Assembly (NCBI GenBank): GCA_964579435.1
Contig: CAZOGI010000012.1
Location: 5,781-69,780 of the forward strand
Direction: 5' to 3'
Source: an uncultured Planctomycetales bacterium
GTDB lineage: Bacteria; Omnitrophota; Gorgyraeia; Gygaellales; Profunditerraquicolaceae
Length of the DNA stretch: 64,000 nucleotides
The notes under the pieces: generated by a model
Database searches by the model: none
Told to the model about the DNA's origin: nothing
The model's input: the letters and a program-made list of their open reading frames with translations, nothing else
Part shown: positions 38,120-46,709 of the stretch, in pieces
How the letters are laid out: each line of letters begins with the position of its first letter
Position numbering within the stretch: position 1 is the first letter of the stretch
Translations under genes and position numbers: made by a program

Positions 38120-38545
38120 ATGGCCCAGGAAGTGAATGTGTTCGTCGATAACCGGCCGGGAAGGCTGCAGTCGGTGGCGGCGGTGCTGGCGGATAAGAAG
38201 ATCAACGTGCGCACCATGACGCTCCAGGACCGCACGGAATTCGGCCTGATGAAGCTGATCGTCGACAAGCCGGAGGCGGCGCACCTGGCCTTGAGCGAAA
38301 AAGGCTTTGCCTGTGCCCTCAAGGAGATCGTAGCGGTGCTCTTGGCCGATAGGCCGGGGAGCTTCCAGAAGCTGATGGACGTCTTTGCCAAGCACCAGGT
38401 CAATATCGTCGATGCCTACGGCTTCGTGATCGAGTCGAATAAGAGCGCCGTTTTCTGCGTCGAGGTCAAGGATCCGAAGAAGATGAAGGCGCAGCTGGAA
38501 AAAGAAGGGTTCAAGGTCCTCGAAGAAGAGCTCTACGTTTTTTAG
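38120..38545 (+). CDS. ACT domain protein, paralog 2
   Basis: Architecture mirrors the ORF at 36347. Confidence 0.7.
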   Translation: MAQEVNVFVDNRPGRLQSVAAVLADKKINVRTMTLQDRTEFGLMKLIVDKPEAAHLALSEKGFACALKEIVAVLLADRPGSFQKLMDVFAKHQVNIVDAYGFVIESNKSAVFCVEVKDPKKMKAQLEKEGFKVLEEELYVF

Positions 38546-38546
38546 C

Positions 38547-39368
38547 ATGATCATCGATATCCACACCCACGCCTGGCCGGATAAGATCGCGGCAAAGGCC
38601 CGCGAAAACCTGGAGACCCTTTTTAAGGTCAAGCTGGTCGGCGAGCCGACCGTTTCGACGCTGTTGGCGTACATGGACCGTAACCGGATCGATACGAGCG
38701 TCCTCTGCGGGGTGGCGACGCGGCCGGATCAGGTTCCCGGGATCAATGATTGGCTTTTAGGGCTGCGCAGCGAGCGGCTGAAGGTATTTTGCGCGCTGCA
38801 TCCTGATTATCCCGAATGGCAACAGGAGCTCTCGCGCATCCGGGCGCGCGGGGACGGGATCAAGTTCCAGCCGGAATTCCAGGATTTCTACGTCGATGAG
38901 GAGCGGCTGGGGCCGTTGTATGCCGAAATCGAACGGCTACAGCTGCCGGTCTTGTTCCACTGCGGCGAGGAGCTTTCCGGCACGATGCTGGTGCGTTCGG
39001 CGCCGAAGCGGATCCTGGCGGTGAAAGAGCGTTTTCCCCGTCTCATCCTCATTGCTGCTCATTTCGGCGGGTTCAACCTGCTCGCCGAATCGGAGCAGTA
39101 CATACTCGGGAGGGATATTTACCTCGATACCGCTTTTTTCTTCAATTATGTCGCGCCGCAGGAAGCGCGCCGGCTGCTTTTGCGGCATCGCCCCGACCGG
39201 CTGCTGTTCGGAACGGATTTTCCGCTGATCGACCAACAACAGGACTTGGATTATCTAAAAGGCCTGGCGTTGCCCGATGAGCTCATGGAGCGCATCCTGT
39301 ATCGCAACGCCCGGGAACTCCTGTGCGCATCTGCGGCTCATTGCAATAACGCATCAAATGACCTATAA
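38547..39368 (+). CDS. amidohydrolase-2 family metal-dependent TIM-barrel hydrolase
   Basis: IIDIHTHAWP N-terminus and HxH..H..D pattern. Confidence 0.65.
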   Translation: MIIDIHTHAWPDKIAAKARENLETLFKVKLVGEPTVSTLLAYMDRNRIDTSVLCGVATRPDQVPGINDWLLGLRSERLKVFCALHPDYPEWQQELSRIRARGDGIKFQPEFQDFYVDEERLGPLYAEIERLQLPVLFHCGEELSGTMLVRSAPKRILAVKERFPRLILIAAHFGGFNLLAESEQYILGRDIYLDTAFFFNYVAPQEARRLLLRHRPDRLLFGTDFPLIDQQQDLDYLKGLALPDELMERILYRNARELLCASAAHCNNASNDL

Positions 39369-39394
39369 TAATAGAAAAGCAAAAGAGGTGTAGC

Positions 39395-39766
39395 ATGGCA
39401 AGAACGATGGTTATGGTCCTGTGTGTGGCTGTTTTGGCGGGTATGAGCGGCTGTTCGTTTGCCCGCGTTCAGTCGTATTATGTGTATCAAGACGCGCGCG
39501 GCCTGCCGCCGACCGATCCCAACGCGGTCAAGATACTTCCCGAGTTCCCTGCGGACGGCTCGTTCATCGAGGTCGGCGAGATCGTGATGGATGTACCGCG
39601 CACGACGGCGGTGCTTGAGGGTTTCAAGATCCGTGCCGCGGAGATGGGAGGGGATGCGGTGGTTATTTCTGCCCGCCAGGAAAAGCAGGGCCGCCGATAC
39701 CTTTTGGCTCCGATCACCAAAACGGCTAAGGTCATCAAATACGGTTCCGCCGCAGAACCCCAATAG
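39395..39766 (+). CDS. lipoprotein, hypothetical
   Basis: Signal peptide with lipobox LAGMSGC. Confidence 0.55.
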   Translation: MARTMVMVLCVAVLAGMSGCSFARVQSYYVYQDARGLPPTDPNAVKILPEFPADGSFIEVGEIVMDVPRTTAVLEGFKIRAAEMGGDAVVISARQEKQGRRYLLAPITKTAKVIKYGSAAEPQ

Positions 39767-39777
39767 TTCTTCCCTTC

Positions 39778-39918
39778 ATGCCTGATTGGTCTTCGCCGGT
39801 TGCCTGTCCGCAGTGCCAAAGCACCGATACCCGATTCGTCGAGCCGCACTACGAGATGTCGATTTATGAATGTAACCGTTGCGGGTGCCGGTTTGAGGTG
39901 GAAGAGGAGGGTGGCTGA
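39778..39918 (+). CDS. 46-aa zinc-ribbon protein (CPQC...CNRCGC), FmdB-like motif in permuted order
   Basis: It is not in the track. Translation is MPDWSSPVACPQCQSTDTRFVEPHYEMSIYECNRCGCRFEVEEEGG. Its stop overlaps the next start (ATGA). Confidence 0.45.
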   Translation: MPDWSSPVACPQCQSTDTRFVEPHYEMSIYECNRCGCRFEVEEEGG

Positions 39919-40328
39919 TGTATAGAGCGATGGTTGCTTTTTGTCTGGTGTTTATTTTTTCCGGTTGCGCCACGACCGCCAAATACGAGGCCAAACTGAA
40001 CTCCTGGGTCGGTGCCAGCGAGAGCGCCCTGGTTTCTTCCTGGGGAGTCCCGGATAAGGTTTATGCGATGAACGACGGCAAGAAAGCCGTCGCCTACATT
40101 CACAAGGATACGGTCCAAAGCGGCGGCTATTCCTATGTGGTCCCGCAGACGACCTACCAGACCGGCACCATCGGGAACCAGACCTACAGCGGCACGGCGA
40201 CGACTTATGTGACCGAGACCGAGCCGGTGCATAAATACCGCCTGTTCTGCAAGACAAGTTTCATTATCAGCCACAACGGCACCATCGAGAGCTGGCATCA
40301 CGAAGGAAACAACTGTGTCGCTCAGTAG
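39918..40328 (+). CDS. lipoprotein, hypothetical
   Basis: Lipobox IFSGC followed by a Thr/Tyr-rich beta-type region. Confidence 0.55.
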   Translation: MYRAMVAFCLVFIFSGCATTAKYEAKLNSWVGASESALVSSWGVPDKVYAMNDGKKAVAYIHKDTVQSGGYSYVVPQTTYQTGTIGNQTYSGTATTYVTETEPVHKYRLFCKTSFIISHNGTIESWHHEGNNCVAQ

Positions 40329-40342
40329 GGGGGGGCGGGGGG

Positions 40343-40498
40343 ATGAAATGCCGGGAGTGCGCGTACTATAAGGCTATCGATGAGGAGCGCGGCAGCTGTT
40401 ACGGGGTGCTGATCCGCGGCGATCGCGACCCGCGCACTGAGTCCGACAAGTGCCGAGGAAAATTTTTCAAGCCGCGGGAATCGTCGCGGGGTCAGTGA
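40343..40498 (+). CDS. 51-aa Cys-rich small protein, hypothetical
   Basis: It is not in the track. Translation MKCRECAYYKAIDEERGSCYGVLIRGDRDPRTESDKCRGKFFKPRESSRGQ shows a four-Cys pattern. Confidence 0.35.
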   Translation: MKCRECAYYKAIDEERGSCYGVLIRGDRDPRTESDKCRGKFFKPRESSRGQ

Positions 40499-40669
40499 AG
40501 GAGCGGCTTGAGTAAGGCAACAGAGGCGCGAAATCTCTCTTTACAGTGCCTGCCAAATCTGGTATATTTGTATCCTCTCTTAAGTCTCTGATAGTGCTCC
40601 TCGCAGTATAATGGCAGGTTCTGTATCTGTGCGGAGTAGTTTTCTGACAAGTTATAGCTGGAAAACTTA

Positions 40670-40742
40670 GGGCCATTAGCTCAATTGGTAGAGCAGGACA
40701 CTCTTAATGTCAAGGTCGATGGTTCGACTCCATCATGGCCCA
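40670..40742 (+). tRNA. tRNA-Lys(CTT)
   Basis: Acceptor GGGCCAT/ATGGCCC, D-arm GCTC-AATTGGTA-GAGC, anticodon loop CTCTTAA, T-arm GATGG-TTCGACT-CCATC. Confidence 0.75.
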
Positions 40743-41056
40743 TTTTTTTCCTGCCGGTCGATGGTTCCCCCTCGCGTAAACGCTCCTCAGATCCCTTGAG
40801 GGAGTCTTCGGAGCACGCTTCGGGGTTAATTCGCGCATTTGACTTACGCTCCGTACCGTCGCGTAAGTCAAGCGCTCATTAAGACTCCATCATGGCCCAT
40901 TTTTTTCCTGCCGGTCGATGGTTCCCCCTCGCGTAAACGCTCCTCAGATCCCTTGAGGGAGTCTTCGGAGCACGCTTCGGGGTTAATTCGCGCATTTGAC
41001 TTACGCTCCGTACCGTCGCGTAAGTCAAGCGCTCATTAAGACTCCATCATGGCCCA
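40743..41056 (+). repeat. two tandem 157-bp direct repeats, each ending with the exact 17-nt 3' terminus of tRNA-Lys (gactccatcatggccca). att-site-like duplications or a structured small-RNA repeat.
   Basis: Units 40743..40899 and 40900..41056 are identical by eye. Each contains a ~15-bp hairpin (gcgcatttgacttacgc...gcgtaagtcaagcgc) and begins with a T-run plus a ggtcgatggttc tRNA-like segment. Confidence 0.8.
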
Positions 41057-41194
41057 TTTTCATTTTCCCGCCTTCGCAAGCGCTTCCCTCTTGCTTTATT
41101 TCCTCGGTAAATAGCCGTATAATACCAGTGGGAGTGTAGAGCCAGGAGCTTGGAATTGAGACTTCCTACTCCTCACCCCAAACTCCAGACTAAA

Positions 41195-41617
41195 ATGACC
41201 GCCCTGCCGTACCAACTCTTAGACCATACCGCCGATATCCGCGTCAGGATAACTGCCGCGACGCTCAAAGAGCTTTTTATAAAAGCGGCAGACGCACTTT
41301 TCGATATTGCGGCACAGCCCCGGACGCCCCGTATCAAAGCGCAGACTCGCGTTACCGTGTCTCTGGAGGCGGCTGAGACCGATGAGCTGTTTGTCGCCTG
41401 GCTCAATGAACTCATTTCTCTCGCGGCGGTGCGCGGGCTTGTTTTTACCCGCTTTCACCTGAACCGCTTTTCCCCTCAGGGTCTCAAGGCTCTTGTCTAC
41501 GGCGCGCCCGTGGCGTCTTTTGAGGTCAAAACCGAGATCAAGGCAGCGACGTTCCACTCTTTGAACGTCAGTAAACAAAAAAGCGGCTGGATCGCCGAAG
41601 TGATCTTCGATACATGA
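41195..41617 (+). CDS. archease (RtcB activator)
   Basis: DHTADIRV motif near the N-terminus; 140 aa; directly upstream of rtcB. Confidence 0.75.
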   Translation: MTALPYQLLDHTADIRVRITAATLKELFIKAADALFDIAAQPRTPRIKAQTRVTVSLEAAETDELFVAWLNELISLAAVRGLVFTRFHLNRFSPQGLKALVYGAPVASFEVKTEIKAATFHSLNVSKQKSGWIAEVIFDT

Positions 41618-43080
41618 AGGCAAAGGATATGTCAGAGATAAAGCTCGAGAAGATCGACGACTACCGCTGGCGTATTCCCAGAAACGCCTTTCCCGGCATG
41701 CGCGTCCCGGGGATCGTCTACGCCGACGAAAAACTGCTCAAGGATATCGCCCGGGATAAAGCGCTCGAGCAGGTGGCCAACGTCGCTTTTCTTCCCGGTA
41801 TCGTCGGCGCTTCCCTGGCCATGCCGGATGTGCACTGGGGATACGGTTTCCCGATCGGCGGCGTGGCGGCGACCGATATCTCCGAAGGAGGGGTGGTTTC
41901 GCCGGGCGGGGTGGGTTTTGACATAAATTGCGGCATCAGGATGCTGCGCACCAACCTGATGCTCGACGACGTCCGGCCGCGCCTGCAGGAACTGGTCTAT
42001 GCGCTCTTTTCCGGCATCCCCTCAGGCGTCGGTTCCAAGGGCGACATAAAACTGACCTGCCGAGAGCAAAAACAGATGCTGGTCAAAGGCGCCGGCTGGG
42101 CGGTTGCCCGGGGGTACGGCACCGAAGACGATCTTGAGTGCACCGAGGAACGCGGCGCCATCGCCGGGGCAGATCCGGATGCAGTCTCCGAGCGCGCGCT
42201 CGAGCGCGGGAAAGCCCAGTCCGGGACCCTGGGTTCGGGCAACCATTTCCTCGAGGTGCAGGTCATCGAGCAGCTCTATGCCCGCGACGCCTGCGACGCG
42301 CTGCATCTGGATGAAGGCCAGATCGTGGTGATGATCCACTCCGGCTCGCGGGGGTTCGGGTATCAGGTCTGCGACGAATCGGTGCGCTCGATGCTCTCCT
42401 GTCTTTCCAAATACCGCATCTGCGTGCCGGACCGTCAGCTTGCCTGTGCCCCGGTTGATTCCCCGGAAGGCCGGGCATATCTGGGAGCAATGCGCTGCGC
42501 CGCCAATTACGCCTGGGCAAACCGGCAGTGCCTGATGCACTTGACGCGCCAGGTTTTTGAGCGGGTCTTCGGCGCTTCCTGGGAAAAGCTGGGGATGTAT
42601 CTTATCTACGACGTTGCCCACAATATCGCCAAGGTAGAGACGCATTCGGTAGGCGGCGTTGAGAGAAAACTCTGCGTCCACCGCAAAGGCGCCACGCGTG
42701 CCTTCGGCCCCGGCCACCCGGCGCTTCCCGAGCGGTACCGGCCCCTGGGCCAGCCGGTGATCATTCCCGGGGATATGGGACGCAATTCGTATCTTCTGCT
42801 GGGCACGCAGCGCTCGATGGAGGAGACCTTCGGCAGCGCCTGTCACGGCGCCGGCAGGGTCAAATCCCGGACCGCAGCGACCCGTTCCATCGATCCACAT
42901 GCTTTGTTGAAAGAACTCGAATCAAAAGGTATAATAGTGAAAGCCTCGGGCCGCGGGACGCTCGTTGAAGAGGCGCCCAGCGCCTATAAAGACGTCAACG
43001 ACGTCGTCTCGGTCGTCCATGACGCGGGAATAGCGCGCCGCGTCTGCAGGATGCGCCCGCTGGGCGTCATTAAAGGTTGA
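41614..43080 (+). CDS. rtcB: RNA 3'-phosphate/2',3'-cyclic phosphate ligase RtcB
   Basis: The 488-aa protein has the conserved His/Cys metal ligands (GSGNHFLEV, HSGSRG, CHGAGR). Confidence 0.85.
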   Translation: MKAKDMSEIKLEKIDDYRWRIPRNAFPGMRVPGIVYADEKLLKDIARDKALEQVANVAFLPGIVGASLAMPDVHWGYGFPIGGVAATDISEGGVVSPGGVGFDINCGIRMLRTNLMLDDVRPRLQELVYALFSGIPSGVGSKGDIKLTCREQKQMLVKGAGWAVARGYGTEDDLECTEERGAIAGADPDAVSERALERGKAQSGTLGSGNHFLEVQVIEQLYARDACDALHLDEGQIVVMIHSGSRGFGYQVCDESVRSMLSCLSKYRICVPDRQLACAPVDSPEGRAYLGAMRCAANYAWANRQCLMHLTRQVFERVFGASWEKLGMYLIYDVAHNIAKVETHSVGGVERKLCVHRKGATRAFGPGHPALPERYRPLGQPVIIPGDMGRNSYLLLGTQRSMEETFGSACHGAGRVKSRTAATRSIDPHALLKELESKGIIVKASGRGTLVEEAPSAYKDVNDVVSVVHDAGIARRVCRMRPLGVIKG

Positions 43081-43093
43081 GGGAGGAGCAGGC

Positions 43094-44371
43094 ATGCTTG
43101 ATCTGAAATTCATCCGCGACAATGCCGATGCCGTGCGTCAGTCGCTTCGGGACCGGAACTCTTCGCTCGATATCAGCCGGCTCCTGGAGCTGGACGACCA
43201 GCGCCGCGCGGTGCTGCTTGAGGTCGAGGAGTTGCGCGCACAGAAGAACCGGGCCAATGACGAGATCTCCCGTCTCCTGAAAGAGAAGCAGGACCCCAAG
43301 CCCGCGATCGCCTCGATGAAAGAGGTCGCCGCCTCCATCGACGCGCTCGAGGTGCGCCTCAAAGCAGCGGAGAGCGAAATCAATGCCGTGCTGCTGACCA
43401 TTCCGAATGTCCCGCACGCCTCCATCCCGCGCGGGGATCCGTCGCACAACAAAGTCGTGCGCGCCTGGGGAGAGCCGCGGCAGTTCGATTTCAAGCCGTT
43501 GACCCATATCGAGATCGCGCAGAACCTGGATTGCGTTGATTTTGCCCGGGCCACCAAGATAACCGGCTCGAATTTCATACTCTTCAAAAAGTGGGGGGCG
43601 AAGCTTGAGCGGGCGCTGATCAATTTCATGCTCGACCTGCATACTTCCAAGCACGGGTATACCGAGGTCTTTCCGCCTTTCCTGGTCAACCGCGCCTCGA
43701 TGACCGGCACCGGCCAGCTGCCGAAGCTCGAAGAGGATATGTACCGTCTCAAGGACGACGATCTTTTCCTCATCCCGACCGCGGAAGTCCCGGTGACCAA
43801 TATCTTCCGCGACGACGTTTTGGAAGAAAAGGACCTGCCGGTCCTCTACACCGCCTACTCCGCCTGCTTCCGCCGCGAAGCCGGCTCCTACGGCAAGGAT
43901 ACCAAGGGGCTCATGCGCGTGCATCAGTTCGACAAGGTGGAGATGGTCAAATTCGTGAAGCCCGAGAGTTCCTACGATGAGCTGGAGCGGCTGGTCCGTG
44001 ACGCGGAGGAGGTCCTGCAGCTCCTGGGCCTGCCTTACCGCGTGGTGATGCTCTCGACCCAGGATATCAGCTTTGCGGCAAGCAAATGTTACGACCTGGA
44101 GGCGTATGCCGCGGGGATCGATAAGTGGCTGGAGGTTTCCAGCTGTTCGAATTTCGAGAATTTCCAGGCGCGCCGCGCCAATATCAGGTTCCGCCGCGCC
44201 GATACGCGCAAAATGGATTTCGTGCATACCTTGAACGGCTCGGGCGTCGCGCTGGCGCGCACCGTGGTTTGCATCCTGGAAAATTACCAGCAGAAGGACG
44301 GCAGCGTGACGGTCCCCGATGCCCTACGGAGATACCTGGATGGGAAGGAAACCCTTACCCCCGAACCCTGA
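43094..44371 (+). CDS. serS: seryl-tRNA synthetase
   Basis: N-terminal coiled-coil plus class II core motifs (FRREAGS, GSGVALAR). Confidence 0.9.
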   Translation: MLDLKFIRDNADAVRQSLRDRNSSLDISRLLELDDQRRAVLLEVEELRAQKNRANDEISRLLKEKQDPKPAIASMKEVAASIDALEVRLKAAESEINAVLLTIPNVPHASIPRGDPSHNKVVRAWGEPRQFDFKPLTHIEIAQNLDCVDFARATKITGSNFILFKKWGAKLERALINFMLDLHTSKHGYTEVFPPFLVNRASMTGTGQLPKLEEDMYRLKDDDLFLIPTAEVPVTNIFRDDVLEEKDLPVLYTAYSACFRREAGSYGKDTKGLMRVHQFDKVEMVKFVKPESSYDELERLVRDAEEVLQLLGLPYRVVMLSTQDISFAASKCYDLEAYAAGIDKWLEVSSCSNFENFQARRANIRFRRADTRKMDFVHTLNGSGVALARTVVCILENYQQKDGSVTVPDALRRYLDGKETLTPEP

Positions 44372-45035
44372 AGACAAGGATATCCCGGCGCCCGATTTCG
44401 TCGAGGTGCGCTCCGCGCCCCGCTTGAGCGGATTTCTGCAGCAGGCCTTTAATATCACGAAATTCGCGCTCGGCCTCTTTCTGGTGCCGTTCGTGTACGC
44501 GATTACCCGGTCTTTCCTGGAGGAGGTGAACGGCAAGATCCCCTGCGACCAGGCGTCTTTCTTCTGGTACGGCATCGTCAGTTTCCTCCTGATGCACCAC
44601 TTTATTTATGCCGGCGCCGGGTTCTATGCGCGCGGCCAGAAGATCCTTGAGGCACTCTTTTCCTTTTTCAAGCCTCTGGTCAAAGTCGCTCCGTATGTCC
44701 TTCCCGTCTATTCGATCATGCTCTTTTTGGTCTGTTGGCCGCTCTCGCTGGTCCTCAAGGGGGTGGTCCCGGTATTCCTGAGCCTCTTCGGCTTCTTCCT
44801 GGCGCTGCACCTGGTCTTTTCCGCCCGGACGATGCGTTCCAAACAAGGGGATCTCCTGCGCGCCAACTACCTCTTCGGGTTTTCCGTCGTCTTTATCCTC
44901 AACATTTTCGCCGCGGGGTTCTGTTTCAATTTCTTTTTCGACCGGTTTTCCCTTATCTCCTTCGCCAACCGTACCGTTCAGATCGGCGCAGCTATCCTGC
45001 GCGTCGTTTTCCTCCAGCTTTTTGTGAATGCATAA
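44319..45035 (+). CDS. polytopic membrane protein, hypothetical
   Basis: About 6 predicted TM helices. It overlaps the serS 3' end; an alternative start at 44340 is possible. Confidence 0.45.
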   Translation: MPYGDTWMGRKPLPPNPEDKDIPAPDFVEVRSAPRLSGFLQQAFNITKFALGLFLVPFVYAITRSFLEEVNGKIPCDQASFFWYGIVSFLLMHHFIYAGAGFYARGQKILEALFSFFKPLVKVAPYVLPVYSIMLFLVCWPLSLVLKGVVPVFLSLFGFFLALHLVFSARTMRSKQGDLLRANYLFGFSVVFILNIFAAGFCFNFFFDRFSLISFANRTVQIGAAILRVVFLQLFVNA

Positions 45036-45055
45036 CGCCGCAGCAGGGAAGAGCT

Positions 45056-46246
45056 ATGACTAGGTGCGCCTCGGGGATCTGGCAACGAATGGGGTTGCTC
45101 TGCGCCGCGACCGCGTGCGCCTTGTTGCTGGGTGAAGTATTCGCCCGGGCATTCAGCCCTGAGTGGCTGCGCGTGCGCATGCGCCAGCTCAACACCGGGG
45201 GGAACCGCAATTTTTACGACAGCGACCAGGAATGGCCTTTTTTGATGGAGCCCGATGGGAGGACGTACCAGTTTATCCCGGGCTCGTCGCTGCGCCAGGT
45301 CATTCCCGAGTACGATTTCACTGCCTCTATCGACCGTTGGGGCGGCCGCGTGACGACGTGCGGTTGCGCCCCGGATGAGCCCCTGGTGCCTTTTCTCGGT
45401 GACTCGATGCTGTTCGGCGTCGGGGTGGCTGATGAAGAGGCGTACCCGAGCCTGCTTTGCCGCCGGGTCCCCGGATACTGTTTTCTGAACCTGGGGATCC
45501 CCGGAAGCGGACCCGATCATTATTTCAAGGTGTTGAAACGCCGGCATCAAGCGCTTGGAGCGCCGTCGGTCTATGTGGTCAATTTTTTCATGGGGAATGA
45601 TTATACCGACGGGCCTTTCAAGGACCCTTCCGCCACAGGCCCGGTGGTGTCCGTTTCCGGCAGGCTGCGCGCAACGGCCCTCGCATTATTGCAGAAGATC
45701 AACCACGTTTGCGTTTACAACGCCTTTTTCAAGCGCTCCTATCTTGTCCAGCGCCTACGGCAGCAATTCTTTTCCTTGTACGTGCGTTTTTCCGGCCGGG
45801 GGGGATACTATTCCTTTTTCCAGATTGCGCATACGCGCCTGTTCAAGGATGTCCAGCAGGACTCCCTCCGGCGCATCCGGGGTATCCTGGACCAGTTTGC
45901 GCAGGCCCGCGCGGATATGGGCATCGAGATCCTTTTTGTCCTTTTGCCCGACAAATTCCAGCTCTATGATCACGAACGCAAGGTGAAAGCGGAATTTTAC
46001 GGCTTGGCGTTCGAGGAACTAGACCCCGCGAAGCTGAACCGTATCATTTCGGAAGAATTGGCTGCGCGGCAATTTACGTTTATCGATCTTACTGAATGCG
46101 TGCGGGCACAGAAAGCGCAGCCGCTCTATTACCGCGCGGATTTTCATTTCACTGCCTACGGCAACCGGGTGTGCGCGGAGTGTCTGGGGCCCGGATTGGA
46201 GGCGGCGCTCAGGAAGTGGTCTTCGCGTAACGCCGCAGGGGAGTAG
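45056..46246 (+). CDS. SGNH/GDSL-type hydrolase domain protein with N-terminal membrane anchor
   Basis: GDS motif (FLGDSMLFG) and a C-terminal D-x-H-like block (ADFHFT). The track ORF starts earlier, at 44735. Confidence 0.5.
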   Translation: MTRCASGIWQRMGLLCAATACALLLGEVFARAFSPEWLRVRMRQLNTGGNRNFYDSDQEWPFLMEPDGRTYQFIPGSSLRQVIPEYDFTASIDRWGGRVTTCGCAPDEPLVPFLGDSMLFGVGVADEEAYPSLLCRRVPGYCFLNLGIPGSGPDHYFKVLKRRHQALGAPSVYVVNFFMGNDYTDGPFKDPSATGPVVSVSGRLRATALALLQKINHVCVYNAFFKRSYLVQRLRQQFFSLYVRFSGRGGYYSFFQIAHTRLFKDVQQDSLRRIRGILDQFAQARADMGIEILFVLLPDKFQLYDHERKVKAEFYGLAFEELDPAKLNRIISEELAARQFTFIDLTECVRAQKAQPLYYRADFHFTAYGNRVCAECLGPGLEAALRKWSSRNAAGE

Positions 46247-46249
46247 ACG

Positions 46250-46288
46250 TCGCTGGCTTCGGGACGAATTTGCTGAAGAGAGAGAGCG
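46250..46288 (+). repeat. 39-nt direct repeat, copy 1 (copy 2 at 46664..46702, immediately upstream of tRNA-Ser)
   Basis: tcgctggcttcgggacgaatttgctgaag[a/t]gagagagcg occurs twice, 414 nt apart. Confidence 0.7.
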
Positions 46289-46381
46289 TTTGTCCCGACT
46301 TATAAGCAATGCCAAAATTCTCTGCGATAATTTTGGCATATGCGTCGGGATTTCGCTGGATTTTCTTGTTTGTGTGCTCAA

Positions 46382-46399
46382 GGTGGGGTGGCAGAGCGG
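46382..46399 (+). pseudogene. 18-nt fragment identical to the 5' end of tRNA-Ser (ggtggggtggcagagcgg)
   Basis: Exact match to 46710..46727; no cloverleaf follows. Confidence 0.6.
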
Positions 46400-46426
46400 C
46401 GACCGAGTGTTTACCCGTTTTTATGC

Positions 46427-46566
46427 AGGTGAGCACGAAGGAGTCCTGCGAGAAACTAGGTGGTTTTACCCGGACGAGCAGGACCAAGAGTGCGTGCCCG
46501 GGAAAATATAGGTGAGCACGAGGGAGTCCTGCGAGAAACTAGGTGGTTTTACCCGGACGAGCAGGA
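46427..46566 (+). repeat. two copies of a 57-nt direct repeat (46427..46483 and 46510..46566, one mismatch) containing stem gtcctgc...gcaggac
   Basis: aggtgagcacga[a/g]ggagtcctgcgagaaactaggtggttttacccggacgagcagga occurs twice with an 83-nt period. Confidence 0.75.
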
Positions 46567-46663
46567 TCGAATGCATCAAGGCGATGCCACCGGGCGGGTG
46601 AGATTGATTTTGGTCCCTCGCCAAAGCGCTCGTGCAATTTCAGGGATGCCGTGAAATTGCACA

Positions 46664-46702
46664 TCGCTGGCTTCGGGACGAATTTGCTGAAGTAAGAGAG
46701 CG
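46664..46702 (+). repeat. 39-nt direct repeat, copy 2, preceded by near-perfect hairpin gtgcaatttcag-N7-gtgaaattgcac
   Basis: See copy 1. Confidence 0.7.
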
Positions 46703-46709
46703 AAATTCG

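Noticed and set aside
40685-41039. Two 65/66-aa ORFs with identical C-terminal halves
   Set aside because: They lie entirely within the two identical 157-bp tandem repeats after tRNA-Lys. The identity is a consequence of the DNA repeat. There is no Shine-Dalgarno and they run through a ~15-bp hairpin.
40743-41056. Possible CRISPR array (direct repeats near a tRNA)
   Set aside because: The repeats are 157 bp long and directly abutting, with no unique spacers, and no cas genes are in the window.
46290-46654. Short + strand ORFs (46290..46511, 46309..46515, 46460..46654)
   Set aside because: They sit in the repeat-rich tRNA-Ser upstream region. The frames are created by the duplicated 57-nt element, and there is no ribosome-binding site.
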